Shown here piece after piece: positions 1-8,662 of a DNA stretch of 64,000 bases. The DNA lies in the NCBI GenBank assembly GCA_903857825.1, contig CAIOGI010000001.1:127410-191409 (forward strand), read 5' to 3'. The translations under genes and the position numbers were made by a program. Each line of letters begins with the position of its first letter. Positions within the stretch are counted from its first letter, which is position 1. Below the pieces are notes generated by a model. It ran no database searches. It saw nothing but the letters and a program-made list of their open reading frames with translations, and had not been told where the DNA came from. This DNA comes from Candidatus Tayloriibacteriota bacterium (lineage in GTDB: Bacteria > Patescibacteriota > Minisyncoccia > Phycocordibacterales > PALSA-1337).

Positions 1-230
1 TAACATCAGTATCCTTTTTTATGGCTTCTTTTAGGATTTTCCACTCTTCAGTATTGCTCCACGAAGCATCCATTTTGATTTGATTCTTAAAATAATCATG
101 TTGCGTATCTACAATACCTTTTGTATTTGTTAGGCCAAGCTGTACCGCTAAATAGCCAATAATCATAAGCAAACCAAAGCCAGCAAGTATATAGATCACA
201 ATATTAAATATTTTGTGCATGATACGTATA
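1..230 (-). CDS. hypothetical small membrane-anchored protein (3' partial, runs off window edge)
   Basis: Manual minus-strand translation from ATG at 228-230: MHKIFNIVIYILAGFGLLMIIGYLAVQLGLTNTKGIVDTQHDYFKNQIKMDASWSNTEEWKILKEAIKK..., with a hydrophobic N-terminus. It is absent from the ORF track because it is truncated at the edge. Confidence 0.3.
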
Positions 231-297
231 TTAAATATATCACATGTTGATAATATTAAAGTTTAATTCTAAATATTATGATATTATAATCACAACT

Positions 298-3200
298 ATG
301 AAAACAAAATCAAATACTCCTAAACTAATTGCGGTTGGGGTTTTATTATTATTGGCTTTTGGATATTTTGGAAAGAATTTTTCTTCACTAAGTTTTGTAG
401 ATAATGTGTCGAACACTGCAGCGGTGGTTCAATCAATAGATACCAACGTAAAATCTAACGGTAATACAGAGACACAATATTTTTTTAGTAAAATTAAGTT
501 CTTAGATTCGGAGATTAAAAAGAATCTTGATTTATATAAGGTTGCTACATCATCAATAAATAAAGCTGGGATTGACATGACCTTAGTTCAGAAAATAAAA
601 GAAAGAAAGGCCGTTGCAAAAGACCTCATGAAAGCTAATCCTTTGTTATTTCTTGCAAATGCTATGTCTTCAAAAACTAGAACTTCTATGTCAAAATTAG
701 TTCAAAATGATATTGAAGTAGAAAGAGATATATCTGGTATAGTAGACGTCCTTTATATTGATGATTTTAAAAATCCAAAAAATTCTCATGCTGAGTATTT
801 CTTAACTGAAAATGGTAAACGCTATAATCTGTATATTGTTGGTGAATTAGGTGTTAAGTCTAATACACCTATTGAAGCAAAAGGTTATGTTCTGGATGAC
901 GCTATGGTTATAAGTACAAATAATAAGAATGTAAAAGTAATTAATTCTCTAAGTAGAGGACCAAAAGATGGTGATGTTCCTGATTCTGTGGGTAATCAAA
1001 GAACGCTGGTCTTACTAATAAAGTCTTTTCCGGAAGATCCAGAACCGTTTACTTCAGCACAAGGGCATGATCTAGTTTTCAATGGTCAGTTTCAAAATTT
1101 TATGCAAGAGCAGTCGTACAATAAAGTTTCTTTTAGTGGGGATGTTTTTGGGTGGATAGCGTTAGGAAGAGCGGTAAACAACAGCTGTACATTTCTACAG
1201 GATGGTGAGTTGCTCGAAACGATCAATAGATATAATATAAATTTAAATAATTATGATCGTATTGTTTATGCGCACAAAGATGCAGGTGGAGGCTGCTCAT
1301 ACGTGGGTAAGTCAAATTTTATATTAAATCATGTCAGTTACTCTGTGTCTCAGACGTCTATTGGTCTCATGGAATATGATAGACCATCATGGTGGGGAGT
1401 ACAGCCTTTCATGTGGACCAATATAGATTACTTATTAGCCCATGAGTTAGGACATGCTCTGGGGGTAGTACACGCGAATAGTTGGACATGCTCAGATAAT
1501 GAAATACTGTATGGAAATTGTTGGCATAATGAATATGGAAATTATTTTGATACAATGGGAAATATTTCTCATTCGCTGAATTTCAATGCATATTTTAAAG
1601 AGCAATTGGGGTGGATTCCATATGAACAGATATTGAATATAAATCAATCAGGTTCGTATTCTATTACACCATTAGAAATAAATAGTGGAAATAAATTTGC
1701 AAAGATTCAAATTCCAGGTAGTACATCTACACCATACTTTGTAGAATTTAGAAGAGCGATAGGATTTGACATGAATTTAAATAAAACTAGATTAATTGAA
1801 AATCAAAATGGAATTTTTATCAATCGTATTCAAAAATCGCAGCTACCAGAAACTGAATTACTAGATATGAGCCCAGAAAGTTCTAATGGAAATAATACAG
1901 AAAATGTAACTTTGAATCTACCATCTTCAAACACATCGGTACATTCATTTAGCGATCATGGTACAGGCATAACTATTGGTCCAGTATTAGACGTGTCTTC
2001 TTCAAGCCTTTTATTTGATGTAAATCTACAATCACCTATTTGTCGTAGATTTGCTCCGATTGTAAATTATCATCGCTCTGAAGGTATTGTATCCGCCGGT
2101 ACTTTTGGTAATATCAATTTAAGGATTTATAATCAAGATTATTATGGTTGTGGTAACTCATCGAGTTTTAATGTTTATGTATCTTCATCTTCACCAAGCC
2201 AATGGTCATATGAAGTATCACCAAGCGAAGGTGTTACTGTTGCTCAAAATGAAACAGGTTATGTTAATTTGCAATTTAATGTTCCACTAAATACTCCTGT
2301 CGGGGACTATTTATTGGGAATAGATGTAATAAATACAATAAGTAATCAAATAAGACATATTTATTTATTTGTTGCCGTTGTTCCAGCGCTCACGATTACT
2401 AGTGTTGAGCCAGCTTTTGGATTACCTGGAAATATTGTCACCCTGACTGGAGCGGGGTTTAGCACTGATTATGGAAACATGGTAAATATGGTTACATCAA
2501 ATGGTTGGTCAGATTATAAGTATTTAAATTCTTCAAATGGAAATATTCTATTTACAATACCAAGTACAATAAATCGACACAATAGTGATGGAAGTTTTTC
2601 GGCAATACCGACACCAGAAGGAGATTATACGATTAGTCTATTTGCTCATGGTTCCTTTGCAAATATTAACTTTCATGTCGGGTCAAATCCGATAGTTTCT
2701 CCCTCCGCCACAATCATCGGTACTTCAACATTAAAGATGAAATACGCCACAGGTCCTAGTGGACAGTATGAAAATGTAATGGAGGCTGAATATAAGATTG
2801 TTATAAATGCAGGAAGTAGAAATCAAAGATTGATTAATAAAGGTTCAATGAAGTCTTATATAACAGATAGCACAAACACGAACACTTCACTTGGTTATGA
2901 GACAAAATATTCACGAGTAGCATACCCACATTTTGTAAATGAATATTTTGAAATTCCTGCAAATTCCTCATCGACATTTAATGTTAAAACCTACTTCGAT
3001 CCAAAGAAAATGTTTGCAGGGGATTATCATGGCGTGCTCGAAATGATATTTCTAGGAGATATTGGGACTCGTACAACTATAGACGTTCCATCTCCGAATA
3101 TCACGAATTCGCTAACTATTATTGGGGAAAGGTCACCGTATATCATTTCTATTTCTGCCACAACAACACCATCGAATCAGGAGGTCATAATAAGTGGAGT

Positions 3201-4731
3201 AAGATTTGAAGGTTCAGGGGATGAATTAAAAATATCTAGTAGAGATGGAGTAGTGTATTCTAGAAAAGTACAGATAACAAATAATGGACAAACAATTAAG
3301 TTAATACCAAACGTACCAGATGGTGATTACTTATTAACCATTAGACATCCAGAGACTGGTGAAAGTAATGGTGTAGGTCTATCTGTCACAGATCCTGTCT
3401 CTATAGTACCAATGATAAATCTCTGGTCTGGTGAGAATCTTGTTATTTCAAGTTCAACATTAAATTACTCATTAAATTGGACAGGCGGTCCAACAGATGT
3501 TGATCAAAGAATCTTCGTCCACTTTGTAGATTCAAATGGAAATACAAGATTCCTAAATTCAGTTGTTCCAAGTCCAAGGACAACACAGTGGTCAGGTCCG
3601 ATATCTACACCGATTAGTGTATTTGTACCCTCAAATACAGCTGTGGGTAGTTATAAGGTAATGGCTGGGCTGTATAATCCAATCACGAATGCACGTATGA
3701 GATTGGTATCAGGACCAGGAGTATCTGAGGATAGTCAGCTAAGATATCAAATAGGTACTATCGATGTAAAAAATGGAACTTCAAGCATTGCTATCTATCC
3801 TTGGACAGGCCCATTAACAATAGATGCAAGCTCAACACTTTCATATTCGTTAAATTGGACTGGGGGACCGACAGATGTCGATCAAAGAATATTTGTTCAT
3901 TTCGTTGATTCAAATGGAAATACAAGATTTCTAAATTCAATTGTTCCTACTCCAAGGACAACACAATGGTCGGGTTCCATATCTACACCGATTAGTGTAA
4001 ATGTTCCAGCAACAACTACTCCTAGTTTATATAGAGTAATGGCTGGGTTATATAATCCAATTACGAATGTACGCATGCGGCTCATACCAGGTCCAGGAAT
4101 GTCAGGGGACTATCAAGGAAGATACGAAGTAGGGCAGATAAATGTAGTGCGCGTGTCCAACCTTAATCGACCTACTGGTTATTTGGATGGTATGGTAAGT
4201 ACCTCGACATTGTCTGGTTGGGCTGTAGACAGGGATGATGAGAATCGTCCGATAGATGTTCATGTTTATGTCGATGGCCCTGCAGGTTCTGGAGGAATTT
4301 ACATCGGTTCAGTTAATGCAAATATGTCAAGACCGGATCTAATAAATGCAGGTCTTACAAATACAAATCACGGATATTATTTTCAGATACCTTTAGCATA
4401 TCAAGATGGAAAATCACACGGTTATTATGCTTACGGTATTGATATAACTAGAAATTCAGAAAATCCTCTATTGAATGGTGCGCCCAAAACATTCTCAGTT
4501 GCATCGACAAGCCTTAATGTTAGAAATTCTAATACTGGAGGGGGTGGCGGAGCCATTCAAAGATTTATAGTAATACCAATGTCAGAAGAAGAGACTGGTA
4601 CAAAAAATGAGGTACCTGCTAAAGCAATTCCAGCGCCAGCTCCTACGCCTGAGGAAGTATCAAAAATAATGAACCCATTTTCTATGAGTGCTAATATCAT
4701 AAATTCCATAAGAGCATTCTTCGGATTATAA
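298..4731 (+). CDS. giant secreted metzincin-like zinc metalloprotease with C-terminal tandem beta-rich repeats
   Basis: ORF 244..4731; the likely start is MKTKSNTPKLIAVGVLLLLAFGYF (signal/TM) at 298. It has an exact metzincin motif HELGHALGVVH (HExxHxxGxxH) near nt 1441-1476. The C-terminal half has two near-identical ~126-aa repeats (SLNWTGGPTDVDQRIFVHFVDSNGNTRFLNS..PRTTQWSG.ISTPISV). Confidence 0.65.
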   Translation: MKTKSNTPKLIAVGVLLLLAFGYFGKNFSSLSFVDNVSNTAAVVQSIDTNVKSNGNTETQYFFSKIKFLDSEIKKNLDLYKVATSSINKAGIDMTLVQKIKERKAVAKDLMKANPLLFLANAMSSKTRTSMSKLVQNDIEVERDISGIVDVLYIDDFKNPKNSHAEYFLTENGKRYNLYIVGELGVKSNTPIEAKGYVLDDAMVISTNNKNVKVINSLSRGPKDGDVPDSVGNQRTLVLLIKSFPEDPEPFTSAQGHDLVFNGQFQNFMQEQSYNKVSFSGDVFGWIALGRAVNNSCTFLQDGELLETINRYNINLNNYDRIVYAHKDAGGGCSYVGKSNFILNHVSYSVSQTSIGLMEYDRPSWWGVQPFMWTNIDYLLAHELGHALGVVHANSWTCSDNEILYGNCWHNEYGNYFDTMGNISHSLNFNAYFKEQLGWIPYEQILNINQSGSYSITPLEINSGNKFAKIQIPGSTSTPYFVEFRRAIGFDMNLNKTRLIENQNGIFINRIQKSQLPETELLDMSPESSNGNNTENVTLNLPSSNTSVHSFSDHGTGITIGPVLDVSSSSLLFDVNLQSPICRRFAPIVNYHRSEGIVSAGTFGNINLRIYNQDYYGCGNSSSFNVYVSSSSPSQWSYEVSPSEGVTVAQNETGYVNLQFNVPLNTPVGDYLLGIDVINTISNQIRHIYLFVAVVPALTITSVEPAFGLPGNIVTLTGAGFSTDYGNMVNMVTSNGWSDYKYLNSSNGNILFTIPSTINRHNSDGSFSAIPTPEGDYTISLFAHGSFANINFHVGSNPIVSPSATIIGTSTLKMKYATGPSGQYENVMEAEYKIVINAGSRNQRLINKGSMKSYITDSTNTNTSLGYETKYSRVAYPHFVNEYFEIPANSSSTFNVKTYFDPKKMFAGDYHGVLEMIFLGDIGTRTTIDVPSPNITNSLTIIGERSPYIISISATTTPSNQEVIISGVRFEGSGDELKISSRDGVVYSRKVQITNNGQTIKLIPNVPDGDYLLTIRHPETGESNGVGLSVTDPVSIVPMINLWSGENLVISSSTLNYSLNWTGGPTDVDQRIFVHFVDSNGNTRFLNSVVPSPRTTQWSGPISTPISVFVPSNTAVGSYKVMAGLYNPITNARMRLVSGPGVSEDSQLRYQIGTIDVKNGTSSIAIYPWTGPLTIDASSTLSYSLNWTGGPTDVDQRIFVHFVDSNGNTRFLNSIVPTPRTTQWSGSISTPISVNVPATTTPSLYRVMAGLYNPITNVRMRLIPGPGMSGDYQGRYEVGQINVVRVSNLNRPTGYLDGMVSTSTLSGWAVDRDDENRPIDVHVYVDGPAGSGGIYIGSVNANMSRPDLINAGLTNTNHGYYFQIPLAYQDGKSHGYYAYGIDITRNSENPLLNGAPKTFSVASTSLNVRNSNTGGGGGAIQRFIVIPMSEEETGTKNEVPAKAIPAPAPTPEEVSKIMNPFSMSANIINSIRAFFGL
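3448..4100 (+). repeat. intragenic tandem duplication, two ~380-nt units (about 85-90% nt identity) inside the metzincin gene
   Basis: Unit 1 starts near 3448 (ttcaacattaaattactcattaaattggacaggcggtccaacagatgttgatcaaagaat...). Unit 2 starts near 3826 (tcaacactttcatattcgttaaattggactgggggaccgacagatgtcgatcaaagaat...). Confidence 0.8.
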
Positions 4732-4733
4732 AT

Positions 4734-5390
4734 ATGGAAATTAAAGTCCTATACGAAGATAATCATCTCATTGCCGTCTATAAACCAGCAGGTATTCTCG
4801 TGCAAGGTGATAAAAGTGGTGACGTATCAATGATAGAAGAGGTAAAGATGTATATAAAACAAAAGTACGAAAAGCCGGGAAATGTTTTTCTTGGACTTGT
4901 GCATCGTTTGGACAGAAATGTGGATGGTGTAGTTCTTTTTGCAAAAACTTCTAAAGGTGCATCGAGGATTTCTGAACAATTTCGAAACCATACAGTAAAG
5001 AAAGAATATCATGCATGGGTGCATGGAATAGTAAAAGAGAAAAGTGCTACGCTGGTGAGTTTTCTTAAACATGATGAAAATCAGAATTTCGCAGAAGTAT
5101 TTGATAAAGAAACAGGTGGAGCAGATAGGGCAGAGCTTTCCTATGAAGTCATAAAGATCGAGGGAGACTTTTCTCTATTAAAGATAACTTTGAAAACTGG
5201 AAGACATCATCAGATACGCGCACAGCTTTCTCATATAGGACATTCAATAGTGGGGGACAATAAATATGGTTCAGTAGTAAGATTGCCCGATCAGAGAATT
5301 GCACTCACAGCTACATCACTGTCATTTGAGACAGCAACTACTAAAGAACAAAAGGTTGTTGCCCTAGAAATTCCTTTGAAAACGTGGTAA
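4734..5390 (+). CDS. RluA-family pseudouridine synthase
   Basis: It has the HRLDRNVDGVVLFAKT catalytic motif (HRLD..TSG-like), and a KPAGILVQG N-terminal motif. It starts 3 nt after the upstream stop, so the two are probably co-transcribed. Confidence 0.8.
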   Translation: MEIKVLYEDNHLIAVYKPAGILVQGDKSGDVSMIEEVKMYIKQKYEKPGNVFLGLVHRLDRNVDGVVLFAKTSKGASRISEQFRNHTVKKEYHAWVHGIVKEKSATLVSFLKHDENQNFAEVFDKETGGADRAELSYEVIKIEGDFSLLKITLKTGRHHQIRAQLSHIGHSIVGDNKYGSVVRLPDQRIALTATSLSFETATTKEQKVVALEIPLKTW

Positions 5391-5398
5391 TTAGGCGA

Positions 5399-5427
5399 TT
5401 GACAAGATATTCTATCTACTATAGTAT
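5399..5427 (+). promoter_or_regulatory. sigma70-like promoter (TTGACA-17-TAGTAT) overlapping palindromic TATAGTATA / TAGTACTA repeats; likely toxin-antitoxin operator
   Basis: ttgaca at 5399-5404, a 17-nt spacer, then tagtat at 5422-5427. It is followed by ctactatagtatagtactataatatagtataatat immediately upstream of the antitoxin ATG at 5457. Confidence 0.35.
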
Positions 5428-5456
5428 AGTACTATAATATAGTATAATATAAAAAT

Positions 5457-5678
5457 ATGACCACAATATCAATTCCGTTAACTAGGGAATTAAACAATTT
5501 TATTGATGAACAGGTTCGTCTAGGTAATGCATCTAGTAAGGCAGAACTTATTCGACGTGCAATAATAAAGTTCAAGGAGGATGAATTTATTAGTTCTATT
5601 TTGAAAGCAAAAAAGGAAATAAAAGACGGGAAAGCCTTGAAAGGTGATCTCGATGAGCTCGCCAAAGGTTTTGAATAA
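5457..5678 (+). CDS. type II antitoxin, ribbon-helix-helix (CopG/ParD-like)
   Basis: The 73-aa product MTTISIPLTRELNNFIDEQVRLGNASSKAELIRRAIIKFKE has a beta-strand + helix RHH pattern. It lies directly upstream of a RelE/ParE-like toxin. Confidence 0.6.
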   Translation: MTTISIPLTRELNNFIDEQVRLGNASSKAELIRRAIIKFKEDEFISSILKAKKEIKDGKALKGDLDELAKGFE

Positions 5679-5701
5679 TATTACAAATATAATACACGGC
5701 T

Positions 5702-5965
5702 ATGTTAGAAATTCTATATGCGCCAAATTTTGTAAGAATGTATAAAGGTCTTCACGTTGGACTAAAGACAGAAGTGAGAGAAAAAATTGATTTATTTAGA
5801 TACAAGAAGAATCATATACTTTTAAAAGTTCACAAACTTAAAGGAAGTCTAAAAAATACATATTCGTTTTCTGTTAACTATCAGATCAGAGTGGTCTTTG
5901 AATATGAAGATAAAAATACAGTTAACTTGCTATATATCGGTGATCATGACGATTTGTATAGATAG
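5702..5965 (+). CDS. type II toxin, RelE/ParE superfamily
   Basis: The 87-aa product has the C-terminal ...SVNYQIRVVFEYEDKNTVNLLYIGDHDDLYR pattern typical of RelE/ParE/YoeB-fold toxins (YRIIY...IGHR-like). It is paired with the upstream RHH gene. Confidence 0.6.
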   Translation: MLEILYAPNFVRMYKGLHVGLKTEVREKIDLFRYKKNHILLKVHKLKGSLKNTYSFSVNYQIRVVFEYEDKNTVNLLYIGDHDDLYR

Positions 5966-5989
5966 TATATTGGTGATAGTCTAGTATCC

Positions 5990-6835
5990 ATGAAGATTCT
6001 AGATGGAAAACTTGTTAGAGAGCAAAGTCTGCCTATTCTGATAGAAAGAATAAAAAATCTATCTTTTGTTCCTTGTCTTGCGATTATTCAAGTGGGTAAT
6101 CGTCCTGATTCCGATGCCTTTATTCGCGCAAAGAAAAGTTTTGCCACAAAACTTGGTATAAAAAACATACACATACAATTAGATGAAAAGATTGAGCAAG
6201 ATAAAGTATTAGAAGTAATCAATAAATATAATGGAGATAGTGAGGTAATTGGCATAATTGTCCAGCTTCCTTTACCTATTCATTTAAATTCAGAAATTAT
6301 AATTGATGCTATTAGCCCAAGTAAAGATGTTGATGGTCTAACCCCTTTAAATATTAAAAGACTTGTTGATGGACATGATGAAGCTATAATACCAGCAACA
6401 GCTAGAGGGATAAGGCAATTATTGAAATTTTATAATATCGATCTCTTTGGCAAAAAAGTCACCGTTGTCGGACGCTCAACCTTGGTGGGCAAACCTATAG
6501 CCCTTATGTGTTTGAATGAAAATGCTACTGTCACCGTTTGCCACAGTAAAACACAGAACTTAGAGGAAGAGACGAAAAAGGCTGATGTTCTAATCGTTGC
6601 GATTGGTAAGCCAAATTTTATAGACAGAAATCATATTAGAAAAGGACAAATAGTAATAGATGTTGGTATATCAAGACAATTAGACAATTCTCTAACTGGA
6701 GATGTTAACTATGAAGAGATAAAGGATATGGTGGATATGATAACCCCGGTACCTGGAGGGGTAGGACAAATGACCGTATTGGCAGTTTTCGAAAATCTCG
6801 TTGATTTGTGCTATTATAGGAATAATAGTAATTAG
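5990..6835 (+). CDS. folD: bifunctional methylenetetrahydrofolate dehydrogenase / methenyl-THF cyclohydrolase
   Basis: Full-length similarity pattern: MKILDGK...VVGRSTLVGKPIALMCLNENATVTVCHSKT...PVPGGVGQMTVLAVFENL. Confidence 0.9.
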   Translation: MKILDGKLVREQSLPILIERIKNLSFVPCLAIIQVGNRPDSDAFIRAKKSFATKLGIKNIHIQLDEKIEQDKVLEVINKYNGDSEVIGIIVQLPLPIHLNSEIIIDAISPSKDVDGLTPLNIKRLVDGHDEAIIPATARGIRQLLKFYNIDLFGKKVTVVGRSTLVGKPIALMCLNENATVTVCHSKTQNLEEETKKADVLIVAIGKPNFIDRNHIRKGQIVIDVGISRQLDNSLTGDVNYEEIKDMVDMITPVPGGVGQMTVLAVFENLVDLCYYRNNSN

Positions 6836-6855
6836 CATTTAATTCGAAAATATAT

Positions 6856-7647
6856 ATGAATAATCAAGAAAAACTTTACAAGGTTGGAGCATGGGTGGGT
6901 ATAACTCTAGCGGTATTTTTAGCCTTACTTTCAATTAAAGAGATTGTCTCATTACAATACGTGGGAAAGAGTGCACCTGTCTCTACGAGTATATCAGTAT
7001 CTGGAAAGGGTGAAGTTCTGTCTATTCCTGATATTGCAACATTTTCATTTAGCGTTACAGAAACAGCAAAGACAGTAAAAGAGGCACAAACAAAAGCTAC
7101 AGAAAAAACTGCTGTAGCACTACAAGCCGTAAGAAATGGAGGTGTTATTGAAAAGGATATAAAGACAACTTCATATTCAATAAATCCACATTATGAATAC
7201 TCACAGGGTATCTGTACCACTTATGGTTGTCCTTCAGGTAAATCAGTCTTGACTGGTTATGATGTTGCCCAGACGATTGAGATTAAGGTGAGAGATCTTG
7301 CGAAAGCAGGAGATTTGTTTGATTCTATTGGAAAAGCTGGAGTACAAAATGTGAATGGACTATCTTTCTCTATAGATGATATTGATTCAATAAGAGCTAA
7401 GGCAAGAGTAGAAGCAATAGCTAATGCAAAGTCAAAGGCTGAAAAAATCGCTAAAGACCTTGGAGTAAAAATTGTTAAAATTACAGGATATTATGATTCT
7501 AGTGATGAACAGTCATATCTATATGGAAGAGGTGGTGGAAATGCAGATGTCGCTGTTATGTCAGCAAAAGTTGCAGCAGCTCCAGAAATACCAAAGGGAG
7601 AGCAGAAGGTTATAGCTACAGTTTCTATTACTTACGAAATTAGATAA
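6856..7647 (+). CDS. SIMPL/DUF541 (BP26/YggE-like) periplasmic protein
   Basis: It has an N-terminal TM/signal sequence. A GKGEV..P..A.FSFSVTETAKTVKEAQ segment and a C-terminal Gly-rich tail fit the SIMPL domain. Confidence 0.55.
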   Translation: MNNQEKLYKVGAWVGITLAVFLALLSIKEIVSLQYVGKSAPVSTSISVSGKGEVLSIPDIATFSFSVTETAKTVKEAQTKATEKTAVALQAVRNGGVIEKDIKTTSYSINPHYEYSQGICTTYGCPSGKSVLTGYDVAQTIEIKVRDLAKAGDLFDSIGKAGVQNVNGLSFSIDDIDSIRAKARVEAIANAKSKAEKIAKDLGVKIVKITGYYDSSDEQSYLYGRGGGNADVAVMSAKVAAAPEIPKGEQKVIATVSITYEIR

Positions 7648-7675
7648 AATTCACGCTATTGACTATAAGTCCATG

Positions 7676-7714
7676 AAGGGGTACTATACAAGTATTACCC
7701 CTCGGGGGTTTTTT
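7676..7714 (+). terminator. intrinsic terminator
   Basis: The sequence aggggtactatacaagtattacccctcgggggtttttt forms a stem (AGGGGUA/UACCCCU) followed by U6. Confidence 0.5.
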
Positions 7715-7760
7715 AATAGAGGGAAATACGATCATTTAGTAGAAATATAATAAAAAGACT

Positions 7761-7937
7761 ATGAAAATAACAGAATATATAAAGGATACTCGTGCAGAAA
7801 TGGCTCATGTTACATGGCCTACCAGAAAACAAGCAATCTCTTATTCAATAGTAGTTGTTCTTGTTTCTGTAGCTACTGCTGTATTATTAGGTTTTTTTGA
7901 TTATATTTTTGCACAACTTCTAACATTATTTGTTTAA
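7761..7937 (+). CDS. secE: preprotein translocase subunit SecE
   Basis: This 58-aa ORF is not in the supplied track because it is under 60 aa. Manual translation gives MKITEYIKDTRAEMAHVTWPTRKQAISYSIVVVLVSVATAVLLGFFDYIFAQLLTLFV. It has the canonical SecE C-terminal TM helix and the canonical position immediately upstream of nusG. Confidence 0.75.
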   Translation: MKITEYIKDTRAEMAHVTWPTRKQAISYSIVVVLVSVATAVLLGFFDYIFAQLLTLFV

Positions 7938-7955
7938 TAAAATTTAATAAAAACT

Positions 7956-8501
7956 ATGTCAAAACAGCAAATTGGTGGTGAAAGAAGTTGGTATGCAATT
8001 CACACATACGCAGGGTATGAGAATGCAGTTGCCAGAAACCTAAAACAGCGTATCGAATCTCTAGGAATGGAAGATAGAATTTTTAATGTTATTGTCCCTA
8101 CTGAAAAGAAAATAAAGATCAAAGGAGGGAAGAGAATTGAGGAAGAGGAGAAGATTTATCCAGGTTACGTACTCGTAGACATGATCGTTACTGATGACTC
8201 TTGGTACGTTGTTAGAAACACGCCTAGAGTTACAGGTTTTGTCGGTTCTGGTGTCTTCCCAGTTCCATTGGAGAAGAAAGAAGTTGACACACTATTTGCT
8301 CGAATGAACAAAGATGAGGTAAAGCACACCATCGACCTAGCTATTGATGAAATGGTAAAGATCACAGACGGACCATTTAAGGATCTTGAAGGTCGTGTGA
8401 ACGAAGTGGATGATAATAGAGGTAAGGTTAAGGTGCTTGTTTCAATGTTCGGTCGAGAAACCCCAGTCGAGCTAGACTTCTTGCAAGTTAAGAAACTTTA
8501 A
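7956..8501 (+). CDS. nusG: transcription termination/antitermination factor NusG
   Basis: An NGN domain (WYAIHTYAGYENAV...) is followed by a KOW domain (KITDGPFKDLEGRVNEVD...KVKVLVSMFGRETPVELDF). Confidence 0.9.
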   Translation: MSKQQIGGERSWYAIHTYAGYENAVARNLKQRIESLGMEDRIFNVIVPTEKKIKIKGGKRIEEEEKIYPGYVLVDMIVTDDSWYVVRNTPRVTGFVGSGVFPVPLEKKEVDTLFARMNKDEVKHTIDLAIDEMVKITDGPFKDLEGRVNEVDDNRGKVKVLVSMFGRETPVELDFLQVKKL

Positions 8502-8549
8502 AGTAATATCTGTATACCTCGTGCTTCTAGAGGGAATTGGATTAATCAT

Positions 8550-8646
8550 GTGAAATTGAGGTTTGACGCGGTGAGGAGGTCCTACTTTTTTGAGTTTACG
8601 AGAAAAAGAGGAGCCTCCGAGCGCAAGCAAGCAAACCCAATTTCAC
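8550..8646 (+). promoter_or_regulatory. structured intercistronic/leader RNA motif, copy A (nusG->rplK)
   Basis: Outer stem gtgaaattg/caatttcac. Conserved core gac-gcggtgaggagg ... ggagcctccgagcgcaag. The second stem gaggtttg/caaaccc. An internal U-run pairs an A-run. Same architecture as copies at 54330, 36355 and 37340-37487 on the minus strand. Confidence 0.5.
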
Positions 8647-8662
8647 CAAATAATATAACAAA

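Noticed and set aside
3897-4085. 62-aa minus-strand ORF inside the metzincin gene
   Set aside because: It is fully antisense to a well-supported long CDS within the tandem repeat. It is low-complexity with no independent signals.
8550-8646. Interpreting the 4-copy RNA motif as simple rho-independent terminators
   Set aside because: There is no 3' U-tract after the closing stem. The U-run is internal and base-paired to an A-run. The conserved single-stranded cores and covarying outer stems are not expected of plain terminators. A processing or attenuation role is not excluded.
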